IMG/VR virus record: IMGVR_UViG_3300005573_001035
Coordinates: 73,620-137,619 of that record
From: a virus
Length of the DNA: 64,000 bases
Strand: one strand, 5' to 3'
The position numbers were made by a program, and so were the translations under genes. Positions 19,604 to 30,000 of this stretch are shown piece by piece. The notes beneath the pieces were generated by a model, which was not told the DNA's origin, searched no databases, and saw nothing but the letters and a program-made list of their open reading frames with translations. The number at the start of each line of letters is the position of its first letter. The first letter of the stretch is position 1.

Positions 19604-20236
19604 CTAACTTTCTGACCTATGTCTACTAAGAACTACTCGGTCTTTTGCTTTTCCCCTATAAGCATAAGAAAGTCTATAGTTTCCATACATATGCGCTAAC
19701 TTACAAGTAAAGAAACTACTCCAAAAAGAACTCATTGGGAATGCGCATTGGATTTCATCTGCAACGGAAACCGCAACGAAGTACCTGTCTTGGTAAGATA
19801 AGACTTCAACGGAAATCTGACCAAGTTCATATAGATGATCAAGGGCGTAATCTAAAGATACTTTTAAAATTGGAGGTATGATCCTATACAAAATCGGGTC
19901 TTCAACATCGATATAAGGCAAACATGGCTTTATATCACATACTATAGAATCATTATGGTATACATCTATGTTGGTGACAAAAGAAAGATATAGAACAAAA
20001 CAATGAGCCTCAAACCAATTACTAAACTCAAAGAACTTAGTAATATTTTGATACGAAACTGCTATAATACACCCATCTCTTTCCCAGCTTATGACATATA
20101 TGGTATGAATCTTAGGAATAACATCTTTCCTAAGGTACTTTTCCAAAGATTGTAGAATGTATTCTCTTCTAGTCTTATACGTCCTATACTGACGAATATT
20201 TCGAAGTAATTTCCGAATCGATGGCATCCGTAACAT
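19604..20236 (-). CDS. Hypothetical protein
   Basis: 210-aa ORF overlapping the end of the recombinase gene. Confidence 0.6.
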   Translation of the reverse strand: MLRMPSIRKLLRNIRQYRTYKTRREYILQSLEKYLRKDVIPKIHTIYVISWERDGCIIAVSYQNITKFFEFSNWFEAHCFVLYLSFVTNIDVYHNDSIVCDIKPCLPYIDVEDPILYRIIPPILKVSLDYALDHLYELGQISVEVLSYQDRYFVAVSVADEIQCAFPMSSFWSSFFTCKLAHMYGNYRLSYAYRGKAKDRVVLSRHRSES

Positions 20237-21638
20237 TTTTCTCGAACTCCTCTCTAAATTTCTGATCTGTCATATATCTTTCGAGAGCATCTCGAGTTCG
20301 AAATTTAACATTTGGCATCGTTTGGAGGTAATTCCAGGCCCCCGATACTATTCTTTTAGTCAGTTTCAAGAAAGAGAAATTTGACCAAAAATCACTAAAC
20401 CCACTATTATAATCTAGAATTAGAGGAACTCGAATATTCAAAGCAAAAAGCTTATTCTTAGAACACTTAGCAATAACCTCAATTCCATCAAATCCATACA
20501 TATCTGGTTTAAGAGCGGAACTTATAGTAAGTTCTAAAAGATGAAACGCATTGTATTTTAATGAATTCCCGCCCGGCATCTCTTTTCCAGCAGATAGAAA
20601 CTTCAAGTCTCTGGGTGTTGCATATGGTCCCAATTGAAGAAGATCTCTAAGTTGGTTTACAACAATAAATAAGATATTGTACTTGCTACAATTAGCAACG
20701 TACTTGGGAATCAACAAAGACATTAATCTACTTCGATAACCTACCACCTTAGCAGGATCTGTAGTTTCTAGTTCTTTTTCAGAAAGTGTATTTGCTAAAC
20801 TATCCCAAACTACGATACTAGGTACATCAACCAGTTGCTTGCTTTCTTTAAACAAACACATAGCCTGGAGGACCTTAAAAACTTTCTCAAGAGTTAAGTC
20901 AGTATAAGGTTTAATCTTGGGGTTTCGAACCCCCAATTGAGCCAATCTTTGAGTTGTAACTGCGTGTTCCGAATCCAGATATACACTTAAACATTCTTTT
21001 CCAAACATATTTTGAGCATTTGCAATTACTTGGGCTGCCAAGGTGCTCTTACCACATCCAGGAGCTCCTGTGATAACTGGCATTGTGCCTATAGCAAACC
21101 CACCTCCCAAAATAGCATCAAGAAGGCGGATTCCTGTTGGAATAAGGTTCTTAGTTCCGCTAGAAGATTCTATCTTAGCCTGAACTCTCATGTATTCAGA
21201 AAACTGGATATAGATATCCTCCTTGTCCTCGTCAGTAGATGGCTCTGAGAGGCTTCCTTCTTGAGATTCTTCAAGAGAAGTAGTTCTGGGTTTTCTTCCT
21301 CTTCTTTTAGGAGAGCCAATGATTTCTTCGCTTGGTGGGGACAATGAACTTAGCTCTTCATGAACCTTAGACGCAGCAGAAAAGAAATCATCCACCACTT
21401 CCGACTCAAATCTAGGTTCTTCCAGAATAAGAGAATCATCATTAGAAGACAATAAGTTATCTTCTGGGAAATTTGGTTCGTTCGTTTCATAAACCAAAGC
21501 AGAATCCTCATCATTTACATCTAGATGAGTTTCCCCGCCCCCCTCACCTTCTTCTACAAAGACTCCATCTTCAAAAATTTCTGAGCTTCTTTTTATCATC
21601 TTTCGCCTATCCTCCTCAGAAAAAATGTTGGGTTTCAT
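20184..21638 (-). CDS. uvsX: RecA/UvsX-like recombinase with a long acidic N-terminal extension
   Basis: IPTGIRLLDAILGGG, Walker A GAPGCGKS, YLDSEHA, Walker B VVWDSLA, VNQLR, PGGNSLKY, KNK. Confidence 0.88.
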   Translation of the reverse strand: MKPNIFSEEDRRKMIKRSSEIFEDGVFVEEGEGGGETHLDVNDEDSALVYETNEPNFPEDNLLSSNDDSLILEEPRFESEVVDDFFSAASKVHEELSSLSPPSEEIIGSPKRRGRKPRTTSLEESQEGSLSEPSTDEDKEDIYIQFSEYMRVQAKIESSSGTKNLIPTGIRLLDAILGGGFAIGTMPVITGAPGCGKSTLAAQVIANAQNMFGKECLSVYLDSEHAVTTQRLAQLGVRNPKIKPYTDLTLEKVFKVLQAMCLFKESKQLVDVPSIVVWDSLANTLSEKELETTDPAKVVGYRSRLMSLLIPKYVANCSKYNILFIVVNQLRDLLQLGPYATPRDLKFLSAGKEMPGGNSLKYNAFHLLELTISSALKPDMYGFDGIEVIAKCSKNKLFALNIRVPLILDYNSGFSDFWSNFSFLKLTKRIVSGAWNYLQTMPNVKFRTRDALERYMTDQKFREEFEKNVTDAIDSEITSKYSSV

Positions 21639-21650
21639 CCAATTATTGTT

Positions 21651-22295
21651 CTAGAAGGAAAAGAAACAAGAATCATTTTTAGATAGGAATATATGACCCC
21701 TAAAAGATGGTACATACACTCCTACTCGGAACAAAGAGGGATTTGTAGAAAGAAACTGAGTTACCGCTCTTTTAACATCCGGAATATAATCAAAGTCATC
21801 TATCAAAACATGGGTACAGAACTTAGAAAATAATGCTAGATCAGAATAACAAAAATCAAAATCATGGTTTCCATCAATGTATCCGAGATCAAAACTAGAA
21901 GGAAGTTCTTTTATTGTGCTTGAATCGCATATCATAAATTCAATCTTCACCGAAGGAAACGAAGAAAGAAGTAACTTTTTAGCATGTTCAATATAGCCAA
22001 CCATACCACCATGCAAAGACGAGTTGTTATCTATGCCAAGATATCGTTCTACATATTCCTTAGCCCCAGATAACAAGGCATAAGATGAGTAACCCCCACG
22101 AACACCAATTTCTACGATTGATCTAGGTCTGAGTCCTCTAGCAAAGAAATATAGAAGATTGTAGTATCTTTGTTTATAACTTTCGTAATCCTTGCTTGTC
22201 TTATCCCCTGGAACCCAAATAGAAAAAGGAATCTCCCACTTTAAATCTAAGAATTCTTCTCTCCTATCCAAAAGATCACATCTTATGAGATTCAC
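21651..22295 (-). CDS. Class I SAM methyltransferase (Methyltransf_24-like)
   Basis: IVEIGVRGGYS, FDLGYIDGNHDF, LIDDF. Confidence 0.85.
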   Translation of the reverse strand: MNLIRCDLLDRREEFLDLKWEIPFSIWVPGDKTSKDYESYKQRYYNLLYFFARGLRPRSIVEIGVRGGYSSYALLSGAKEYVERYLGIDNNSSLHGGMVGYIEHAKKLLLSSFPSVKIEFMICDSSTIKELPSSFDLGYIDGNHDFDFCYSDLALFSKFCTHVLIDDFDYIPDVKRAVTQFLSTNPSLFRVGVYVPSFRGHIFLSKNDSCFFSF

Positions 22296-22317
22296 TCTTC
22301 TCTATATCCTTTCTTTG

Positions 22318-22455
22318 TTAGATATCTAGGACATCTTTAAGATTAGTTAGAGAAAATGATTCATTCTCGTCTTCAGGCTCTTCGTCAAAATCATCGTCAT
22401 CAGACAAGAACTCATCAACATCAAGATTATCGTCATCTTGTTGTAGGTACATCAT
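22318..22455 (-). CDS. Small highly acidic protein (45 aa)
   Basis: MMYLQQDDDNLDVDEFLSDDDDFDEEPEDENESFSLTNLKDVLDI*; upstream AGGAGG; below the ORF-track cutoff. Confidence 0.55.
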   Translation of the reverse strand: MMYLQQDDDNLDVDEFLSDDDDFDEEPEDENESFSLTNLKDVLDI

Positions 22456-22506
22456 TTTAGGTACATTCCTCCTTCCTACTAAAAGTTTAACCTCCTCTTA
22501 TTTTTT

Positions 22507-22614
22507 CTAAGATATAGGCAAGACAATATTGAAAATAAGTAATGCCGCAATAATAATCTTTAGAACCTTTCGGATAGTCAGATCTTTACTAGAATCAAAA
22601 ACTGGAGTCCTCAA
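22507..22614 (-). CDS. Possible small membrane peptide (35 aa)
   Basis: TTG start, ...KVLKIIIAALLIFNIVLPIS*; no clear SD. Confidence 0.25.
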   Translation of the reverse strand: MRTPVFDSSKDLTIRKVLKIIIAALLIFNIVLPIS

Positions 22615-22633
22615 ATAAGTTACTAAGTATATA

Positions 22634-22924
22634 CTACGTCTCTTCTTTCATCTGAGATTCCATCTTTTCCAGAAAATCATAGTACCTTGGATTTTCCTTA
22701 AGATGGGCCTTAGCAATCGCCTTAGCAATCTGGGGATTATCTGTATGTTCCATTTCGACTTTGATTCCTTTTTCTAGTTGATCTGGAAGAAAGTCTGAAT
22801 CTGGATCCTGACTATGCTTCAAGTCTTCCAATTTAATGGAGATAGGGCTTGTATCTTCTTCCCTTAGAATCTTTCTTAGAGCCTCATCTAAAAATGCATC
22901 TAATTTTACTGTCTTGAGTTTCAT
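22634..22924 (-). CDS. DUF5661-like phage protein
   Basis: QLEKGIKVEMEHTDNPQIAKAIAKAHLKENPRYY. Confidence 0.75.
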   Translation of the reverse strand: MKLKTVKLDAFLDEALRKILREEDTSPISIKLEDLKHSQDPDSDFLPDQLEKGIKVEMEHTDNPQIAKAIAKAHLKENPRYYDFLEKMESQMKEET

Positions 22925-22943
22925 ATCTTTTAGTTTCCTCCCT

Positions 22944-24203
22944 CTAAACTGGCTGAGATCTAGAAACCTCGATAGGAGTTCTTAGCAACGAGACAATTGT
23001 TCTACAATGCCACTCAGGCCCCCCAGTCACTCGTTGGAAAGAAAACGAACTCGCCTTCAAAAGATACTTCTCTCCAACAACCCCATACTCAATTGTTAGA
23101 GGATAGAATAGAACTGGTTCTCCAATCTTCATTAAGTTATACATATAGGTATTTCGAAAGATCTCTAGGTGGATCTGGCTCAAATTTGCATAATCCCTAG
23201 TTAATCTAGCATCGATAAAAGTCTTATCTCTTTCATACCCAGTATGAGAAACAATGTATCTAGATCTTTGTATCTCAGAATTAATGGTCAGATTCATACT
23301 GGGGTCTGAAATAGATTTCTCCGCAATTTCCTGCTGTTGGCGCTCGAATTTATAAAAAAGCGTATCTTTTGGACTAGAAATAATTTTCTGCGTGTTTCCG
23401 TAATAAGTTGGAAAAGCATGTCCTCCATGAACCACTTGCACAGGATCTATGGTATAGTAATCCGTCCCATTGGTACATCTTTCAATGATAGCAGGAAGAT
23501 CTGGGTGATCAGCGGCTAGAGCATAGATTGTAAATTCTGGAGATCTTAGCATATTTGCATGAAGAGATTCAATCCTAAACACATCGTCAAAAGTATAGAA
23601 TAGTAACAATGGCCCAGGAAAGATACCAAAATTAAAATCCAAGTAACGAATCGACTGAATATAAGATAAAGGAGGAACTACGACTTGATCCAAGATTGTT
23701 TCATTGATTTCTTCCGTTCGCAATTGCAACTTTGGGATCATGGCTTTAGAAGATAAATCTCTAAGAATAACCTCAAGTTTCTGGTTCATGTAAGTTTCAT
23801 TTACTAAGGTGCTTAGTTTCTGAATGGCATTCTTGACTAAGGCTGTAAAGGTAACTGGAACTCTCTCTGCCGTGCTTCCAAAGGGAGGAGGTGTCCTAGC
23901 AGAAATCGTTCTAGTATGAGCAACGGTATCTTCAGTTAGCACAAATAGTTCTAGATTTTGAATAACATTTTCATGAAGTTGGCCATGTTCTTTCATTAAG
24001 GAAATAGATAAGCTCCCATGTTGCTGGCGCAATAATTCTTCTACCAGTGATTCTATGGGGTCGATCAGAAGAGAAAACTGAATAACGGGCCATATCGTTA
24101 GCAAGGAAAAAGTCATGTTTAAAGAAAGAAGATACCCAGTAACATCTTGAGATCCGATCTTAAGCTCAATAATATAAAGCTCTTTCTGGATACCTGGAAT
24201 CAT
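22944..24203 (-). CDS. Hypothetical virion protein, possibly baseplate hub (gp27-like)
   Basis: 419 aa; length and layout (VVPPLSYIQSIRYL...MKIGEPV...KYLLKASSFSF) are compatible with hub proteins. Confidence 0.4.
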   Translation of the reverse strand: MIPGIQKELYIIELKIGSQDVTGYLLSLNMTFSLLTIWPVIQFSLLIDPIESLVEELLRQQHGSLSISLMKEHGQLHENVIQNLELFVLTEDTVAHTRTISARTPPPFGSTAERVPVTFTALVKNAIQKLSTLVNETYMNQKLEVILRDLSSKAMIPKLQLRTEEINETILDQVVVPPLSYIQSIRYLDFNFGIFPGPLLLFYTFDDVFRIESLHANMLRSPEFTIYALAADHPDLPAIIERCTNGTDYYTIDPVQVVHGGHAFPTYYGNTQKIISSPKDTLFYKFERQQQEIAEKSISDPSMNLTINSEIQRSRYIVSHTGYERDKTFIDARLTRDYANLSQIHLEIFRNTYMYNLMKIGEPVLFYPLTIEYGVVGEKYLLKASSFSFQRVTGGPEWHCRTIVSLLRTPIEVSRSQPV

Positions 24204-24241
24204 TCTACTTTAGTTTCTCTCTTAGTACAAGAACCTGGTTT

Positions 24242-24284
24242 TAAGATTTTGTTCATTCTAATAAAAGAACGGAACAAATAATTG
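24242..24284. promoter_or_regulatory. Pair of divergent AACA-N6-T(A/G) motifs
   Basis: Minus strand AACA aaatct TA (24242-24253) and plus strand AACA aataat TG (24273-24284), between divergent genes. Confidence 0.5.
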
Positions 24285-24327
24285 AAGTATGGTTATGTAG
24301 TTTGGAGAAAAAGAGGAGTTATATAAA

Positions 24328-26031
24328 TTGCAAATCCAGGCTAGAAAAGCAATATCTAATCAAAGTACAAAAATTATTCAAGAATGGTTCAAATGTAAAG
24401 AGAATTTCGAATATTTCTGTAGGAATTATATTAAGATAGATCTTCCTGGTGCAACAACTTTACTACAACCTTACAAAGAACAGCTAAGAGTCATTAACTT
24501 TATACAGGACCAGAAACATGTTGTAATTCTTAAATCAAGGCAGATTGGAATTTCTACGATCATTCAGGCTTACCTAGTATACTTAGCGGTATTTTTTAAG
24601 AATGTTAGTATAGGAGTTATTTCAAAAGATGCAGGCGAGGCCACTCAATTCGCCAAAGTATGTACGTCTATGCTTGAGTACCTTCCCAAGTGGATGAAAC
24701 CGAAATTTAAGAAATCTACAGAACAATCTTTCATTCTAAGCAACGGATCTAAGTTACAAGTCTCTGCAATCTTACCATCTAACCCCCAAAAGACTTTTCG
24801 AGGACGAAACTTAACAGTGTTGGTTCTAGACGAAGCAGCACACTGCCAATACATTGATCAAGCATGGATAGGAATGTCTCCTGCTCTCGTTACGAACCAA
24901 AAACATGCTCGAGAAAATAACATTCCATATGCTACAATCATCATCTCAACACCTAATAAAACAACGGGTATTGGTAAATGGTTCTTTGAAAAATACAAAG
25001 CAGCTTTAAATGGAGAAGGTGCATTCCGAGCCACTTCCGTTCATTGGAAAGATATTCAAGAACTAGGTAAAGCTTGGTACCAAGAGCAATGCAGCCTTCT
25101 TGGTTATAACCAAAGCGCTATTGATCAGGAGCTGAACTTAAAATTTATTCCTGGTGAAGGAGCTTTCTTCCCAGAATGGATTGCTTCTAAGTTACAAGAA
25201 CAAGAAATAGAACCCAAGATGAAAATCAATCTTCTTCCAGGAACTCCCCATGAAGGATGGATCTTCCAAGAACCCGATACATCTAAGTTCTATCTTATAG
25301 GAGTTGACACAGCATCTGAATACGGACCTTCCAAAAGTGCAATTGAGATATTTGAATACGATACCTTAGAACAAGTCTTTGAGTTCCAAGGAAAATTACC
25401 AATCCTGAATTTCAAGCAAATAATCATAAAGATTGCAAAATTGTATCCAGGTATTCTAATTGTAGAAAACAATAGCTATGCTAATCAAATGGTCAGTGAG
25501 CTTGCACTTATAGATGGGATAAACGTATTTTCAGAGATCAAACCTGGGGGGAAGATTTCCTACGGAATTAGCACAAATGCCAAAACTAGACCCCTTATGA
25601 TAGATGCTTTGTACTCATACGTAAGTCAGTATCCAGAAACAATTAAATCTTCTCGTTTAAAACTCGAACTTGTGGGACTAGTAGAAAAAAATGGGAGGAT
25701 ACAAGCTGACAAGGGAGAGACTGATGATCTAGTCCTCGCATCTTCTTTTTGTTACTACGTAAGGAAGTATAGCCCTCCTCTATCAGCCGTACTAAGAGAT
25801 AGAAAACCTGGGGAAGAACTACCTTCGGAACTCGACCTACTTAGGTCAATAGCGGGATGGAATTTCGAGTCGAGCGAACAACCATCTATTTCCAACATAT
25901 ATCAAAACGCATCTGAGAGTGCTTCTCTGTCTTCATTGAATCGAGAAATTATCTCCAGAGTTAGACAGAACTTAGAACGAGGGGAAATAGAAGATATATT
26001 CATTAGAACGATTCCTTCGATAGCTTCTTAG
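24328..26031 (+). CDS. terL: Terminase large subunit (T4 gp17-like)
   Basis: LQPYKEQ, KSRQIGIST (Walker A), LVLDEAA (Walker B), ISTP, IGVDTA, VENN, DDLVLA. Confidence 0.93.
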   Translation: MQIQARKAISNQSTKIIQEWFKCKENFEYFCRNYIKIDLPGATTLLQPYKEQLRVINFIQDQKHVVILKSRQIGISTIIQAYLVYLAVFFKNVSIGVISKDAGEATQFAKVCTSMLEYLPKWMKPKFKKSTEQSFILSNGSKLQVSAILPSNPQKTFRGRNLTVLVLDEAAHCQYIDQAWIGMSPALVTNQKHARENNIPYATIIISTPNKTTGIGKWFFEKYKAALNGEGAFRATSVHWKDIQELGKAWYQEQCSLLGYNQSAIDQELNLKFIPGEGAFFPEWIASKLQEQEIEPKMKINLLPGTPHEGWIFQEPDTSKFYLIGVDTASEYGPSKSAIEIFEYDTLEQVFEFQGKLPILNFKQIIIKIAKLYPGILIVENNSYANQMVSELALIDGINVFSEIKPGGKISYGISTNAKTRPLMIDALYSYVSQYPETIKSSRLKLELVGLVEKNGRIQADKGETDDLVLASSFCYYVRKYSPPLSAVLRDRKPGEELPSELDLLRSIAGWNFESSEQPSISNIYQNASESASLSSLNREIISRVRQNLERGEIEDIFIRTIPSIAS

Positions 26032-26073
26032 TAAAACATACATATGTGGATAGTATAGGGGGAAAAAGTACAA

Positions 26074-26994
26074 ATGGATATACTAGACGAAAGTAAAGAT
26101 CTTTTACAGGAAATCTTTGCTTGGCCTGGTGGAGAACCAGTTATTAGCCTTGACGACCAAGTTACATTGTATACAAGCCCGGATCTAAAACAAAAATTCA
26201 TAGAAGGAATGTCTGAACACAAACTAACAGCCCCAGTGAGTAAAACAATACAAGAACTAGTTGAAAAAGATAGACTCATTCCTTGTTGGGTTAATAAGGG
26301 GCTAGGATCTATAATCTTATTCAAGATCTTTGCTCCACTGGATGTAAAAAGCATCGGTTCTTTTTACGCACCAAGTGAGAACGTCGTTGCATTACTAATG
26401 GATAATTCCACTTTTTTTCTTTTCTACATTCCAAATAGAACGCTAGCCTATCTTACCTTGCATGAGTTATGTCATTATGCAGCAGGAAACAGTTCCTCTT
26501 TCCCATCTCTAAGCGCAAAAATTCTAACCAAGTACTACGAAGTCCTGTTTCATACTTTATTTGAAATGTTTGCTGGTAAAAGATTAGATCCAAAACCAGA
26601 CCTAACGAAAAGAGCAACAAAGTACTGGTCTAATCTAGTTAGTAAGGAACAAAAAAGAACTGCAGATATCGTAAAAGGCGATGATATCAAAAATCTAATT
26701 CTTAAATGCTTTGGGGACTACCTGGGGTTAAAAGATGTGGCCCAAGAAGTTTCTGAAAATGTGAAGATACTAGTGGACACTGCAAGGAAAGACTTAGGGA
26801 AGATTCTAACAAACATTGAGAAATTTAAGTATGTTCTTATACCTCTCTATATCGCTTATGGAGATGGATTGGGGTTTAAGAACTTAACCACATTTGCAAT
26901 TCAAGAATACTGGTGTGCCTCAGAGGTAATATGCGTATGCGCAGAGAATCCGTCAAGATTTCCTGTTGTTTACAAAGTTATTAGCTCCATCTAA
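26074..26994 (+). CDS. HExxH zinc metallopeptidase-like protein
   Basis: LTLHELCHY; distal QEYWCASE. Confidence 0.55.
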   Translation: MDILDESKDLLQEIFAWPGGEPVISLDDQVTLYTSPDLKQKFIEGMSEHKLTAPVSKTIQELVEKDRLIPCWVNKGLGSIILFKIFAPLDVKSIGSFYAPSENVVALLMDNSTFFLFYIPNRTLAYLTLHELCHYAAGNSSSFPSLSAKILTKYYEVLFHTLFEMFAGKRLDPKPDLTKRATKYWSNLVSKEQKRTADIVKGDDIKNLILKCFGDYLGLKDVAQEVSENVKILVDTARKDLGKILTNIEKFKYVLIPLYIAYGDGLGFKNLTTFAIQEYWCASEVICVCAENPSRFPVVYKVISSI

Positions 26995-27032
26995 AGATTT
27001 CGAACTAAAAAATAGAGGAGAATAGAAAATAG

Positions 27033-30000
27033 ATGCCAATTTCAGCACCTAAAGATCCTAAGCTAAAGGCTCTGGTCTCTAAGTTAGATAGGGCTAAAAA
27101 GATCACAGCTATGGCTACGGCCCAAAGGAAAGCCGCCTTAAAAGAGAGCAAGTTTCCCACCGGTAACACAGAAGTAAGAGCTATTAAGAAAGCAGGAATC
27201 GAGGCGGCCACCCGAGTTAGAAAAACCACAGCAAGCCGACGAGTCCCAGAATCTCCAGAGGTTGTAACTCAGATTGCCACTGCTGCAGTTGAGGTATCAA
27301 AGGTTAGTGCGAACTTAGTTGAGAGACTGGGTGAAATTTCTGCTAAGATCGTCAAAGCGACTGCTCAAAACTTAGGCAAAGCCGTTTCTGATTACTCGAA
27401 AGCTATTTCCGAAGACATTAGCGTGAATAAAAGAAATCTAATGGCCCTCTCATTAAGTGCCATAAGCCCTATTGCAGGATACTTTGCATCCAAGTTCTTT
27501 GAAACAGAATTCTTTCAAAACATAAAGAATAAGTTTAAAGAGAAGGCATCTGACGTACTATCCCTTATTGGCGAAAAGATAAGAACAGTTCTTAGTAAGA
27601 TTCCCGTTGTTAAGAGCTTTGTTGCTGGAATTTCTAAGGTCAGCAGGGCAGAAAAGACTGAGGAAATTCCCCAGTTACAACACGGTGGCGTGGTTAAGAA
27701 AGCAGGTCTTGCTAAAATTCACGCAGCCGAGGTCATAGGACCAATAGATAAGGTCATTCCTTTTACAAATCGAAAATGGAGACGTGAACTTATTGGAGAT
27801 GCTCTTAGTCAAATAGGCAAACTTAGTGGAATTAAAATTGGATTTAACAAACTATCTAAGTACTTAACAAAACAAGTTTTTGGAATCTTCTCCGCTATTG
27901 GGGCTAGGATAGGTAGGTGGAAACAGACCTACGAAATGTTTATGGCTCGATTTCCTATCTTTAGAGATATTAAAGAGTGGACAGGAGCGATGTATAAATT
28001 TATTTCTTCTCCTTTTAGGTTTCTCTTCAAAGTCCGAGGTTACACTTATGCAAAAGATATCATGAGAAAAGGAAGCCTCTTAGAACAGATGGTCCATATT
28101 CTAGCCACAACATACGTATCTACAATGTATCGATATGATTATCTTCTTGCATATCTTAGACAAGCCACATATCGACTTGGAATAATCGCACAATTAAAAG
28201 ATCCCAGTGTCCAAGAACCATCTGGTCCTATGGGTTGGAGAATAGCAGGAAAGGTCACGGGGGGCCTATTATTTCTCCCTAGCCTATTAATCAAAGCTCT
28301 TCTTGGGTGGGGTGGACCTCTTAAACTATCTAAAAGACTCCTAAGAGGAAAACGAAGAACCACAATAAAGTCGCCCTTTTGGTACACTGCTTTGCCTGAG
28401 TCGTTTGAATCAGAATGGGGCCCAACACAACCCCAAACTATTAACCAAATTCTCGTTCTAGTTGGAGAATCTGGTCTTAAATTACTAAGAAAGAGAAAAC
28501 AAGGACTTATAGGACTTACTTCTGGTATCACAACTGAAAGCAAACAAAAGGCGCTACCCTCGCCTCCTTACCCAACCCCTCTTCTCGTCACCGAAGCTGA
28601 ACTCCATGCGCTAAGAAGCAAAAAAGGAACGATTATAGAAATTCTCTCAGAAATCGTGTCTGGAATTAGAAAGAAACTATCAGAAGAGAAAAAAACTCTT
28701 GCTAAAACCATTAGGAGCAAATTAGAAGATATTACGGGTGGCATTAAAAAAGACCTACTAAAAAAGAAAGAAACTCTACCTAAAATTCTTACAACCGTAC
28801 TAACTCGTACTACATCTCCATTTTCTAAGAAAATCTCGGCTTTCATAACCGCAGCTTTGGATTTCTTCAAAAAGTTTGGAGCTCTTTCTAAGAGTCTAGC
28901 CAGAAAAGGCGGATCTTATTTCTTTAAGATACTGGGGGTTCTTGGTAGTCTTGCTAGTTCGGTTTTTGGTTTTTTGGGTTCGGTGGGTATGAGATTTCTT
29001 TCTTTAGCAGTTGGCAGATTCCTCCCTTCAGTTGGAAGACTTTTTCCTTTCGTTGGTAGATTCTTCCCTTTAATTGGAAGATTTCTTCCTTTAATTGGTG
29101 GTTTTCTTGGTAGATTCCTTCCTTTCGTTGTAGCAAGAATTCCTTTACTAACAGCCCTGCTTGGAGCTGGTAAGTTTTACAGTGAGCTTAGTAAGGAAGA
29201 AACGCCTAGAGAAAAAGCGTTTAGAGAAAAATACAATATTCCCAAAGCAGGAATGGCCGGGGTTAGTGCATTTAGCACTATAGGGTCCCTTGTTGGTCTA
29301 GATTTAGAAAAAGAAATGAAAGAAGCTGATGAGGCCATTTCAAATATTGATAAAAAGAGACAAGAATCCAATCAAATCTTTTTAGAAAAGAAAATTTCTC
29401 AAATGTCTCCTGCGGCTCGAGACGCCTTCGAGAAACAACTCAGGCAAACCGCCGCAGAAAGGGGCCCACAAGCTGCCGTCGAAGCTCTGCTAAAATTAAG
29501 ACGGGATGGTTTATTGATTTCGAAAGATCAGAAACTATACGTAGCAGGTGAGCTTGATATAACGCCCATTAAAGAAAAAGCTAAACAAACTGTCCAGTCA
29601 AAAATTGAAGAAGCATCAGAAAAAGCCAACCAAATAATTTCAAAAGGAATAAAGATTACAGAAGATATCAAACATAAATTAGAACAGGAAGGAGTTGTAG
29701 AAAAGGTAAATAAGATAAAAGAACAAGCCTTAGACAAACTAAAAAGTAGCGCAGAAAAAATAAAGAAACTTAAGAAAGAAGGAGATATTTGGTCAGACTA
29801 TCCATACGAACTAGGAATGCCTCCTGAAGAAGCAACAAGCGACAAAATTAAGAGAATTGCTGAGCGCCAAGCAAAGGAGGGATACAACATTGCTAAAGAA
29901 AGTATAGAAAAAACGTATAACGAACTTGTATCTGATACATACAAACAAATAGAGAAACTTTTTTCCATAAACATAAAACAAGCCTTTTCAGAGGGCTCAG

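Noticed and set aside
24328-26031. Intein in the terminase or recombinase
   Set aside because: Motif spacing is normal and no HN/(C,S,T) splice junction was found
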